From: Acidimicrobiaceae bacterium
GTDB lineage: Bacteria; Actinomycetota; Acidimicrobiia; Acidimicrobiales; Bog-793
Assembly: GCA_003140595.1 (NCBI GenBank)
Contig: PLKG01000095.1
Location: 5,694-69,693 of the forward strand
Direction of reading: 5' to 3'
DNA length: 64,000 nucleotides
Under the pieces are notes generated by a model. The model did no database searches, was not told the origin of the DNA, and was given only the letters and a program-made list of their open reading frames with translations. Each line of letters starts with the position of its first letter. Position 1 is the first letter of the stretch. A program made the position numbers and the translations under genes. This document shows positions 1 to 8,655 of this stretch, one piece after another.

Positions 1-2279
1 TCGCCGAGGCTGTCTCGTGCCGCTTGATCGTCGAGGAGCCTCTCGCAAAGCTCCGCGAGATCGTTCGACGTGACGTCCGCCGGGACCTTCAGAGCGACCT
101 TGTCAGGCAGCTCGCCCATCCATCCGATGTCGGTCACGATCGTCGGCACTCCGCACGAGAGGCAGTCGCCGACCGCGGCGGACGCCTCACCTGAGAAGCT
201 TGCTCGCAGTTGCACAGCGAGGTCCGCGCGTGTCAACCAGTCCAGGTATAGCGCGGCCTCGACCCGGCCGGTTATGTACAGCCGCCCGTCCAGGCCGAGC
301 TCGTCACCGCGCCTGGCGAGGCTGTCAGCCAAGTCGGTACTGATGGGGCCCACAAAAGCCATAACCAGGTCCGGGTGCTTGGCCGATAAGGCCGCGAAGC
401 AACCTAGGACCTTGTCGGGTTGCTTGATCGGGTCGACGATCCCGAAGCTTGCGAGCACCCGGGCGCCCGGCTCGACGACGGCACTCCCGCAAGGCGGACT
501 GCCCTGGCCGGCGAGGCCCTCGGTGGCAAAGCCCACGACTTTGACGCGTTGAGCGAAGTTGGGTCCCGCCTCGACGCGCGCGAGGCGCGCGGATGCCTCG
601 GAGGTCACCAGGAAGCGGTCGGCGAGAGCGATGATCTCGCGCGCCATGAGCAGGCCGTGATGCTCCCCGCCGGTCTGGGTGAGGTCGCCGGGCGAAGCCG
701 GTCGGTCAGGAAGGAGCGGCCCATAGATCCTGCGCAACGAGCCGGCAAGCCCGTCCGGCACGGCCGTCCCCGAGTTGTCGGCGAAGCGGTACAGGCCACT
801 CAACCTCACGTCGTGGGCCAGGACGGTCCCGCTTCGGCGGCGGAGCGACGCCAGTGCGGCCGAGTGGAACTCGCTGTTGCCGAGCACGTAGACGATGTCG
901 TCGTAGCCGCCTGTTGCCGCCTCGACACCGAGAAGGCGCCGGGCGTCGTAGACGGCAAGCCCCGGCGGCACCCTTGGCGACCCGGGCGAGAACTCGAGGC
1001 CGTCGGCGAAGCAGTCGATGTCGAGGTCCGCCAGAGACGCCAGCTCCTCGACGAGACGGAAGCTGTAGTTGGCGATCCCAGAGGGCACGGGCGGGAACGG
1101 CGAGACGATCGCGATGCGACGACGACGGTGCCAGGGACGGCCGGGTCGGGCCAGCAGGTCTTCGTAGACAGCCGCGGTCCGATCCGCGACGTCTCCCCAC
1201 GTTGTTCGCGTGGCCGCGCCGTGCCGACGCGAAGCCTCGCGAAACGCCTCGTCGCACAGTCCTCGTTCGATCGAGGCACTGACAGCTGCCGAGCTTGAGG
1301 CGTCGAAAACGGCTTCAGGCGGGACCAGGTCCCTCAAGAGGTCCACATCGGCGACGATCGCGACGGCGCCGCATGCCATCGCCTCCGCAACGTGAAGTCC
1401 GTAGTCGCCGGAAAGGGACGGGCAGCACAGCAGTTCGGTCGCCTGGTAGAGGCTACGCATCGCTTCCTTCGACACCGCTCCGGCCCAGAGGACTCGACCG
1501 CCGATGCCCGCGGCTGTAGCCAGGTGGCTGAAGCGGTTGGCAGCCGGTTCGGGACGATAGCCGGTGATGACGAGCTGACGCGAGTCGCGCAAGGCTTCGG
1601 GCAGGCGTGCGAAGGCGCCGATGAGCGCCTCGAGGTTGTCCAGATCGTCGTGGGAGGCGGGGTAGAGGACGAACGACGCCTCGAGGCCGGGAACCCGTGC
1701 GCGTGCCGCAGCGCCGGCGCCGTCGCGTGATGCCGGGGGCAAGAGCTCCTCGTCGGTGCCCGCTCCGACGACGCGTACCGTGCCCGGGTCGACGCCGAGA
1801 GCGCCGACGAGCGACCGACTCTGTGCCGGAGACATCGTGAGAAGTGCGTCGGCTGCGCGCAAGACCTCCATAGGGCCCGAATTCACCGTTAGGTGCCTGA
1901 GGTCCTCGAGCGATGAGCCGTGATGCGCGGGAGGCAGCGGCTCCAACACGGTCGCGCAGAACCGCACGCCCTGCTCATGGGCCCATCGAGGCCATGTGCG
2001 GCCTATCGGCACGCAGGGGGCGAATGGCCAGAACACGTGAAGCACGCGGGCTTCCGGCAGTTGCGACACCCCCCCGTAACCGACTTTTCCCGAGCGCAGA
2101 AGGGGCCCGAGGTCCCCCGGCGGGAGCAGGTCGCGATTCAGCAGGTAGTGGCCCACCAGGTGAGGATGGTCGCGCTCGAGTGCAACCGCGAGCTCGTAGG
2201 AGTACCGGGCCACGCCCCGGTCCCGCAGGCCCGGGTTCTGGAGCGCTTGAAGGTCGAGTACGACCGGACCGAGGGCCAT
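1..2279 (-). CDS. Tandem two-module GT4/GT1-family glycosyltransferase (WbdA-like); C-terminus runs off the left edge
   Basis: Absent from the ORF track because no stop lies in the window. My own reverse translation from the ATG (cat at 2277-2279) stays open to position 1. It begins MALGPVVLDLQALQNPGLRDRGVARYSYELA. Module 1 ends around LLCCPSLSGDYGLHVAEAMACGAVAIVADV. Module 2 begins RRRIAIVSPFPPVPSGIANYS and ends with ASFSGEASAAVGDCLSCGVPTIVTDIGWMGELPD, both GT-B C-terminal nucleotide-sugar regions. The plus-strand ORFs here are shadow frames. Confidence 0.8.
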   Translation of the reverse strand, partial: MALGPVVLDLQALQNPGLRDRGVARYSYELAVALERDHPHLVGHYLLNRDLLPPGDLGPLLRSGKVGYGGVSQLPEARVLHVFWPFAPCVPIGRTWPRWAHEQGVRFCATVLEPLPPAHHGSSLEDLRHLTVNSGPMEVLRAADALLTMSPAQSRSLVGALGVDPGTVRVVGAGTDEELLPPASRDGAGAAARARVPGLEASFVLYPASHDDLDNLEALIGAFARLPEALRDSRQLVITGYRPEPAANRFSHLATAAGIGGRVLWAGAVSKEAMRSLYQATELLCCPSLSGDYGLHVAEAMACGAVAIVADVDLLRDLVPPEAVFDASSSAAVSASIERGLCDEAFREASRRHGAATRTTWGDVADRTAAVYEDLLARPGRPWHRRRRIAIVSPFPPVPSGIANYSFRLVEELASLADLDIDCFADGLEFSPGSPRVPPGLAVYDARRLLGVEAATGGYDDIVYVLGNSEFHSAALASLRRRSGTVLAHDVRLSGLYRFADNSGTAVPDGLAGSLRRIYGPLLPDRPASPGDLTQTGGEHHGLLMAREIIALADRFLVTSEASARLARVEAGPNFAQRVKVVGFATEGLAGQGSPPCGSAVVEPGARVLASFGIVDPIKQPDKVLGCFAALSAKHPDLVMAFVGPISTDLADSLARRGDELGLDGRLYITGRVEAALYLDWLTRADLAVQLRASFSGEASAAVGDCLSCGVPTIVTDIGWMGELPDKVALKVPADVTSNDLAELCERLLDDQAARDSLG

Positions 2280-2296
2280 TGCGAAAGGGTCGAGTC

Positions 2297-2647
2297 TCAG
2301 TGCTGCGGGGGGTCCTCGGCGGCGGAAGACACTGCTGGGTCGCCGCGGGGCTGTTTCTCCGCGGTCTTCCTGGACCCGAGCGGCGTCACCTCGGTCACCT
2401 GACGGAGAGAGTCCTCGACCTCCTCGAGGCGCCCTGAAGCGGTCGCGAGAAGACGCCCGAGGAGCTCGGTCGTCTGGTTGCACATCTCGACCTGCACCTT
2501 GACGATGTCGGTCAGCTCGGCAACCTGGTCCTGGAGCTCGGTAACGTGCTCGAGCACGTCCGCGAGCGGCAGCGTGACTCGTCTGTCGAACTTTGCCGTC
2601 AAGCTGGTGCTCGCCTGGCGCCAACCTCGTCGGCCGATGGACGCCAC
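2297..2647 (-). CDS. Small hypothetical protein, predicted coiled coil, no TM segment
   Basis: 116-aa ORF with high GC3, ending 17 nt upstream of the two-module glycosyltransferase. The central part has a heptad-like Leu/Val/Glu pattern (LADVLEHVTELQDQVAELTDIVKVQVEMCNQTTELLGRLLATASGRLEEVEDSLRQV). I recognise no family. Confidence 0.6.
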   Translation of the reverse strand: MASIGRRGWRQASTSLTAKFDRRVTLPLADVLEHVTELQDQVAELTDIVKVQVEMCNQTTELLGRLLATASGRLEEVEDSLRQVTEVTPLGSRKTAEKQPRGDPAVSSAAEDPPQH

Positions 2648-2781
2648 GGTCAGTCGTCTCCTTCGGTGCGCTCGTTCTGCGGCGGAGCTTACCGGCTACT
2701 GCCCAGGTCAGGTGGTGACACCGGTTGCGCCGGGGCCTGCTGGCCTGCCGAGAAGAGCCGTTCTTGGCTAGGGTGCGGGGG

Positions 2782-3708
2782 ATGGAAGTTACACAGGTGA
2801 ACCCGCTTCTTGCCGCGGATGGTGGCAAAGAGCGACAACTCCCATCGCGAGTCGTCTCCGCGAAGGTGAGCCTTCGCAAGCGGTTCATCGAGATCTGGCA
2901 GGCGCGCGAGCTCGTCGTCTTTCTCATTCGCAAAGAGCTGAAGGTCCGCTACAAGAACAGCGTCCTCGGCTTCTTGTGGTCTTTCCTGAATCCGGCGTTG
3001 ATCCTGTGCGTCTACTACGTGGTGTTCAAGTACTTCCTGAACAACCACATCTCGTACTTTGCGATCTACCTCTTCGCAGGACTGCTGCCGTGGAACCTGT
3101 TCAACAACTCGCTGCTCAGCTCGGCGGGCGTGCTCGTCGCCCAGGCCGGGATCGTGAAGAAAGTGTCGTTCCCCCGTGAGATCCTCGCCCTCGCCCAGGT
3201 GGGCACCGCGATGTGCTACTTCTTCTTTCAGGCCTGCATCATGCTGGCCTTCCTCGTCGGGTTCGGGGTCATGCCCGATTGGAAGTACGCGCCGGTCATG
3301 ATCTTCGCTCTCGTGTGTGACATCGTTCTGTCGGCGGCGCTCGCGGTCTTCCTCTCGGCGGTCACCGTCTACCTACGCGACGTCCAGCACCTGATCGAAG
3401 TTGCGCTCGTGGCGGGGTTCTTCAGCGCACCGATCGTCTACCCGTTCTCCACTGTCGGCCACAAGTTGGCGCAGCACGGCATCTTGTGGGTCTACTTTTG
3501 CAACCCCCTCGTCTCAATAGTGCTCTCCTTCCAGCGCTTCATTTATGGAACGGTGGCGCCGCGCGACATCCCATACCCGCTCGCTACCTATAGCGAGCAG
3601 TGGTACCTGCTCGTGCTCGGCATCGTGTTCGTCGTCTCCGTGCTGCTCTTCATGCTCGCGATGCTCGTGTTCGGCAGGGTCGAAGGCAACTTCGCCGAGG
3701 AGCTCTGA
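2782..3708 (+). CDS. wzm: ABC-2 type polysaccharide export permease (Wzm-like)
   Basis: Carries the family-typical N-terminal box RELVVFLIRKELKVRYKNSVLGFLWSFLNP followed by multiple hydrophobic helices. I prefer the ATG at 2782 (MEVTQVNPLL) over the ORF-track start at 2725. Confidence 0.85.
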   Translation: MEVTQVNPLLAADGGKERQLPSRVVSAKVSLRKRFIEIWQARELVVFLIRKELKVRYKNSVLGFLWSFLNPALILCVYYVVFKYFLNNHISYFAIYLFAGLLPWNLFNNSLLSSAGVLVAQAGIVKKVSFPREILALAQVGTAMCYFFFQACIMLAFLVGFGVMPDWKYAPVMIFALVCDIVLSAALAVFLSAVTVYLRDVQHLIEVALVAGFFSAPIVYPFSTVGHKLAQHGILWVYFCNPLVSIVLSFQRFIYGTVAPRDIPYPLATYSEQWYLLVLGIVFVVSVLLFMLAMLVFGRVEGNFAEEL

Positions 3709-3714
3709 GTACCC

Positions 3715-4974
3715 CTGCAAACAGCGATCGACGTCCAGCAGGTCTCGAAACGCTTCCGCCTCTACAAGGAGAAGTACACCTCTTTGAAGGAGCGGATACT
3801 GCACGCCGGGCACGTGCCCTTCAACGACTTCTGGGCACTGCGCGACGTCGAATTCGAAGTCCACACCGGCGAGACATTTGGGATCATCGGACGGAACGGC
3901 TCCGGCAAGTCGACCATGCTCAAGTGCATCGCGGGCATCCTGCAGCCCACCTCGGGCCAGATTGTCGTCCGTGGGCAGGTTGCCGCGATGCTCGAGCTCG
4001 GGGCGGGCTTCCAACCCGAACTGTCGGGCAGGGACAACATCTTCCTGAACGCCTCGTTGCTGGGCCTCTCGCGCCGCGAGATAGAGCGCCGTTTCGACGC
4101 GATCGTCGCCTTCGCGGAGCTCGAGGACTTCATCGACAACCAGGTGCGCTTCTACTCCTCGGGCATGTACGTCCGCCTCGGGTTTGCGGTTGCAGTGAAC
4201 GTCGAGCCCGATGTGCTGCTCATCGACGAAGTGCTCGCGGTCGGCGATGAACGGTTCCAGCAAAAGTGCATGGAACGAGTGCACCAATTCCAAAGCGAGG
4301 GCCGGACGATCATCCTCGTGTCGCACTCGGCCGATGTCGTGCGACAGGTCTGCGATCGTGTCGTCGTGCTCGAGACGGGAAAGGTCGTGACAGTTGCTCC
4401 GCCCGGAGAGGCGATCAGGGCGTTTCGTGACTGCCTGCTTGCAGGCGAGGTTCCCGTCGCGTTGCCCGCAGATGAGCCTGATCCGACCGGGGCCGTCGAA
4501 GTCGTCGTCCAGGCCGAGAGACGCGTCGTGATCACCAACACCTTGGCCCGGCATTCCGGCCCCTCGGGCCGCGCCTACCTCGTTCCAGGGGACTCTTTCC
4601 GTCTCGAGCTTCAGTTCCAGGTGAACGAGCCGCTCACCAACGTGGCGTTCGGCTGCGAGGTGATCAACTCCAGCGGCGCCCCGGTGTTCAACTGCGACAG
4701 CGCGATGCCGGAGATCCGCCAGGTTCATGATCTCCCGCCCGGGCGCTACCAAGTGGAATACGACTTCGACCGCCTTCCGCTTCTCGACGGTTCCTTTACG
4801 ATCAACGCCCGGATCCAAGATGCCGGTGGCGGTGTCGTTCATGCCCGTCTCGAGCCCGCGGCCGCCTTCGAGGTCGTGAACCCCGGGGGCGCTACGGGAT
4901 TTGTGGCGTTGCCGCTTCGGATAGCACTTGTTTCTTCACCTGTATCCGGTTCGGCGAGGGCGGCTGCCGGGTGA
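3715..4974 (+). CDS. wzt: Polysaccharide ABC exporter ATP-binding protein (Wzt-like) with an extra C-terminal ~150-aa domain
   Basis: Walker A GIIGRNGSGKST, signature YSSGMYVRLGFA and Walker B DVLLIDEVLAVGD. The C-terminal extension (ITNTLARHSG...FEVVNPGG) resembles a Wzt_C glycan-binding module. The conserved first strand IDVQQVSKRFRLYKEKYTSLKE is encoded upstream of the first canonical start (TTG 3784), so I place the start at CTG 3715. See finding. Confidence 0.85.
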   Translation: MQTAIDVQQVSKRFRLYKEKYTSLKERILHAGHVPFNDFWALRDVEFEVHTGETFGIIGRNGSGKSTMLKCIAGILQPTSGQIVVRGQVAAMLELGAGFQPELSGRDNIFLNASLLGLSRREIERRFDAIVAFAELEDFIDNQVRFYSSGMYVRLGFAVAVNVEPDVLLIDEVLAVGDERFQQKCMERVHQFQSEGRTIILVSHSADVVRQVCDRVVVLETGKVVTVAPPGEAIRAFRDCLLAGEVPVALPADEPDPTGAVEVVVQAERRVVITNTLARHSGPSGRAYLVPGDSFRLELQFQVNEPLTNVAFGCEVINSSGAPVFNCDSAMPEIRQVHDLPPGRYQVEYDFDRLPLLDGSFTINARIQDAGGGVVHARLEPAAAFEVVNPGGATGFVALPLRIALVSSPVSGSARAAAG

Positions 4975-5999
4975 CCTCTGAGGTCGTGGCGGAAATTGTG
5001 GAGCAGGTGAATCGGTTGCGTGCGACGGGGCAAGTCCCGCCAGGGTTCGAGGACGATCTCGACACGTGTTTCGAAAAGGTCGCTGAGGAGAGCTTGGCGG
5101 CCGATGAATCGATGGTGGCACAAGGCTCCGGGCTCGGTAGCGGCAAGACGATCGGCGGTGCCGCGAGCCGGATGCGTCTTGCACAACTCCGTCAGCAGGC
5201 AACGGCGGTCGCTCGCCGGCGCTGCGGGCCGTCGCTTCGCCGCCTGGAACGCCAGGCAGCGCTCGCAACAGCCAGGGCGGGCGAAGCCGTGTCGATTTGG
5301 ACCCACGTCACGGTGGACCATCTGGAACGGATCGCCGCACTTTCGCCTCGGGCGTCACGAGTCCTTGCGAGAGCCCGTCCCGGTGATTCGAGCGTGTCGG
5401 CCGTCGCGACGATGTACCCGACGATCGAGGGCCCACTTCTGTCCTGGGTTCTCGAGCGACTGGGTGCCGCGGCACCCGAGGGCGGTCGAGGGGAGCCAGC
5501 TCGGGTGCTGCATGCAGAGTGTGGTGACGGGCGGGTCGTTGAGGCGCTCGTGGCCCGAGGTTTCGACGCGCGAGGCGCTGACCCCCGTGCGCCCGTGCGA
5601 TCCGACGGTGACACGCGGATCGTGGCGGCGGGAGCCTTGGAGTACCTCGGCGCGACTTTGCCCGGGACCGTCGACGGCCTGCTGCTGACCGGCGTCGTGG
5701 ATCGCCTCCGCCCCGGTGGGGGTCGTGCGTTGGCACAGCTGGCGGCGCGCTGTCTTTCCCCCGGGGGCGTTGTTGTGCTTGTGAGCACGCGACCCGAAGC
5801 CGTCATCGCCATGGACCCGGTTGCCGCCGACCTCGCACACGGCCGCCCGCTTCACCCGGTCACCTGGTACCACCTGCTGGCGCGTTACGGACTCTCAGTT
5901 CTGGCGACATTCGAGCCAGACCTGAGTGAGCCGGACGTCTTCGCCGTCTCCGCACAGCGTCTCGCGCCGCCCCAACTTGCCGGCAGGGACAGTCCTTGA
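4971..5999 (+). CDS. Class I SAM-dependent methyltransferase with a ~150-aa helical N-terminal region
   Basis: Motif I-like VLHAECGDGRVVEALVARGFDARGAD and a post-I region LLLTGVVDRLRPGG...GGVVVLVS. The start overlaps the wzt stop by 4 nt (GTGA). Confidence 0.7.
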   Translation: MTSEVVAEIVEQVNRLRATGQVPPGFEDDLDTCFEKVAEESLAADESMVAQGSGLGSGKTIGGAASRMRLAQLRQQATAVARRRCGPSLRRLERQAALATARAGEAVSIWTHVTVDHLERIAALSPRASRVLARARPGDSSVSAVATMYPTIEGPLLSWVLERLGAAAPEGGRGEPARVLHAECGDGRVVEALVARGFDARGADPRAPVRSDGDTRIVAAGALEYLGATLPGTVDGLLLTGVVDRLRPGGGRALAQLAARCLSPGGVVVLVSTRPEAVIAMDPVAADLAHGRPLHPVTWYHLLARYGLSVLATFEPDLSEPDVFAVSAQRLAPPQLAGRDSP

Positions 6000-7093
6000 G
6001 GACCAGACCGACCCGGATCGACCAGGTCATTCCCTCTATCGTCGAGCGTGACGCTGTCAGCCACCACACCTTGGAAGCCCAGCGAGTTCTGCATTCGATG
6101 GGTTTTGTCTCGGAGATCTACGCCTGCAGCATGGGTCCCGGGCTGGCCGGTCGGGTACACCCCCTTTCGGACCTTCCCCGCGATACGAGCGAGCGTCAAT
6201 GGGTCTGCTACCAGGCGTCGATCGGCTCTCCTGCCGCGGACACGGTCGGGTCGCACCCGGGCCTGAAGCTCATCGACTATCACAACATCAGCCCTTCAGA
6301 GCTCATCGAACGATGGATGCCCCACCTAGGTGAAGAGGTCCGACTCGGGCGTAGGCAGCTGGCTGAACTGGCGCCTGTCGCCGAGCTCGGCTTCGCCGAC
6401 TCGGAGTTCAATCGTGCCGAGCTCGAGCAAGCCGGCTGTCGCCACACGATGGTCGCTCCACTAATGGTCGACACTGCGAACTTCTACTCTCCCCCCGACC
6501 AGCGTGTCGTGGATCGCTTCGAAGCGGCGCGCCTGCGCGGCGGGCACGATTGGCTCTTTGTCGGCCAGATGCTGCCGCACAAGGCGCATCACGACGTCAT
6601 CAAGGCGCTTGCCTGTGCCCGCAAGATGTTCGATCCGGAGGCCCGCCTGCACCTGGTCGGCAGGGAGAGCTGTCGTGCCTATGCGGACGCGTTGCGCAGA
6701 TTCGTGTCAGCCCTCGGTCTGACCGGGGCCGTGGAATTCGTGGGCTCGATCAGCCCGAGTGAGCTCTCGGCGTACTACGCGAGCGCAGACGTGTTCGTTT
6801 GCTGCTCGGACCACGAGGGGTTCTGTGTACCGCTGCTGGAAGCGATGCACCACCGACTGCCGATCGTCGCTTATGGCGTCACGGCAGTCCCCGAGACGCT
6901 TCTCGACGCCGGGATCGTCTTGCCCTCCAAGTCGCCGGCGTTGGTCGCCGCAGCGGTTCAGCGCGTGCTGACCGATCACGGCCTGTGCGACAGCCTTGTG
7001 GCCGCGGGCCTGAGGCGAAGCCGGTCGTTCACTCTCGAGGGCGCGAGGCGTGCTTTCGCACGGGCGATAGAGCAGGCGCTCCAAGGCGCCTGA
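5996..7093 (+). CDS. GT4-family glycosyltransferase
   Basis: GT-B C-terminal region ASADVFVCCSDHEGFCVPLLEAMHHRLPIVAYGVTAVPETL. The TTG start overlaps the preceding stop (TTGA). Confidence 0.85.
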   Translation: MRTRPTRIDQVIPSIVERDAVSHHTLEAQRVLHSMGFVSEIYACSMGPGLAGRVHPLSDLPRDTSERQWVCYQASIGSPAADTVGSHPGLKLIDYHNISPSELIERWMPHLGEEVRLGRRQLAELAPVAELGFADSEFNRAELEQAGCRHTMVAPLMVDTANFYSPPDQRVVDRFEAARLRGGHDWLFVGQMLPHKAHHDVIKALACARKMFDPEARLHLVGRESCRAYADALRRFVSALGLTGAVEFVGSISPSELSAYYASADVFVCCSDHEGFCVPLLEAMHHRLPIVAYGVTAVPETLLDAGIVLPSKSPALVAAAVQRVLTDHGLCDSLVAAGLRRSRSFTLEGARRAFARAIEQALQGA

Positions 7094-7218
7094 AGTCGCG
7101 TCGCCCGACGGGGATCGGCGAGGAGCGTCGGGTGGACATGCTCGTCCCGCGAGATCCCAAGGTGACGAGGCGTGCCGAAGGTTGCGAAGCAACAAGAATT
7201 TAGGATCCCACTACTAAC

Positions 7219-8613
7219 ATGGCACACATCCGCAACATCAGGCGTTGTGCCGCCGCACTTGCATGTGTGTCGCTCGGCATCCTCGCCGGGCCGCTCATGG
7301 TCGTCCCCGGCGCGGCAGCGACGGATCACTTTTCGATCGCGCCGTTTCCCGCGTCAAACCTCCACCTTGTCGGGCTCGGTGACGGCTCCGGAGCGGGCAT
7401 GAGCCAATGGGGCGCCTTCGGATACGCCGCGCTCGACCACGAGAGCTTCCAGTGGATTCTCGCTCACTACTACCCTGGGACGACCTTGTCCTACAGCGAC
7501 AGCTTGGTGTCGACAGACCCGATGGTCTCGGTCGATCTCAACGAGAACGACGGAGATCCTGTAGTCGTCACGTCTCAATCCGCGTTCTCGTTCGGTGGGG
7601 TCCTCTTTCCCGGCGGTCAAGCCGTGCGAGCCGTTGCGTCGCAGGGCACGTGGACCCTCTCGGACGCGGCCGGGTGCTCATCGAAACAGTGGCTGCCGGT
7701 CGCGTCGGACGTCGTGAATCCCATCGCAGTGCCCTCCTCGGTGCAGCCCTCTGCAACCTTGAGCCAGGTGCTGACGATATGCGAGCGCGACGGTGTCGAA
7801 CTTCCTGTTCGCGGGACCGTCGAGGCGTACGACGCGCCGGGCGGGCCCGTCACCCTCAGCATCCTTTCGCTTGAGGAATACGTCCGCAGCGTCATCTCCG
7901 CCGAGGTGTCGTGGTCGTGGGGGCTCTTCGGAGGCACGACGGACGCCCCCCAGGATCACGAGTGGGGGTTCCAGGCGCTCGAGGCGCAGGCCGTCGCCAC
8001 GCGGTCGTACGTAGCGGCCGAGATCGTCTCGGGTGGCTGGGCACCGTATGCGACGGCGTGCGACTCCTACTGCCAGTCGTACCCGGGCATGGTCGATGAG
8101 AACCCCATGTCGAACGCCGCCGAGTCTGACACGGCGGGCGAGATCCTCGAGCAGCCCGCCGCGACCAGCGTGCCGGGCGCTTCAGGCGGGATACCGGGCA
8201 CCTTTGCGGTGCCCGCGACACCAGGTACGGCTTGGTCGCCCGTGTCTGCCGAGTACTCCGCGTCGTCCGGTGGCTACACCGCGAGCGGCGAGTTCCCAGG
8301 CGTTGTCGACCGAGGTGACGCGGTCTGTATCAAGAGCAGGTTCTACTCGTGCAATCCGTGCCACAAGTGGTGGGCGTCGATACCTGTGAGCGCTATCGAG
8401 AAGGCGTTCCCTTCTGTCGGCGAGCTCGCCGAAGTGGAAGTGAAACAGCGCAACGGCGTGGGGTCGTTCGGCGGCCGGGTAGTGACCGTCGAGATCGTCG
8501 GTACGACAGGCACCGAGGTCCCGGCATCGTCCTTCGCACTGGGGGCCTTGATCGGCGCGAACAACCAGGCGCACTGCGCTTCAAACTGGTACGCGGTCAC
8601 CAACGGGCCCTGA
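7219..8613 (+). CDS. Secreted SpoIID/LytB-domain protein (peptidoglycan lytic/amidase-enhancer family)
   Basis: Signal peptide MAHIRNIRRCAAALACVSLGILAGPLMVVPGAAA. Family motifs GAGMSQWGAFGYA, LSLEEYVRSVISAEV and ALEAQAVATRSY. Confidence 0.75.
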   Translation: MAHIRNIRRCAAALACVSLGILAGPLMVVPGAAATDHFSIAPFPASNLHLVGLGDGSGAGMSQWGAFGYAALDHESFQWILAHYYPGTTLSYSDSLVSTDPMVSVDLNENDGDPVVVTSQSAFSFGGVLFPGGQAVRAVASQGTWTLSDAAGCSSKQWLPVASDVVNPIAVPSSVQPSATLSQVLTICERDGVELPVRGTVEAYDAPGGPVTLSILSLEEYVRSVISAEVSWSWGLFGGTTDAPQDHEWGFQALEAQAVATRSYVAAEIVSGGWAPYATACDSYCQSYPGMVDENPMSNAAESDTAGEILEQPAATSVPGASGGIPGTFAVPATPGTAWSPVSAEYSASSGGYTASGEFPGVVDRGDAVCIKSRFYSCNPCHKWWASIPVSAIEKAFPSVGELAEVEVKQRNGVGSFGGRVVTVEIVGTTGTEVPASSFALGALIGANNQAHCASNWYAVTNGP

Positions 8614-8655
8614 TATCGCGCAGGTAGGCTCGAAGCAGTCCCATCGGGAGGCGAC

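Noticed and set aside
420-1730. Several plus-strand ORFs (420..1298, 854..1282, 1392..1730, and 1913..2437 further along)
   Set aside because: All overlap the continuous minus-strand two-module glycosyltransferase frame that I translated by hand. They are Arg/Pro-rich with no motifs.
3514-4842. 442-aa minus-strand ORF across wzm/wzt
   Set aside because: It lies opposite unmistakable ABC NBD motifs on the plus strand. Its composition (Arg/Asp/His/Gly-rich) is typical of antisense frames.
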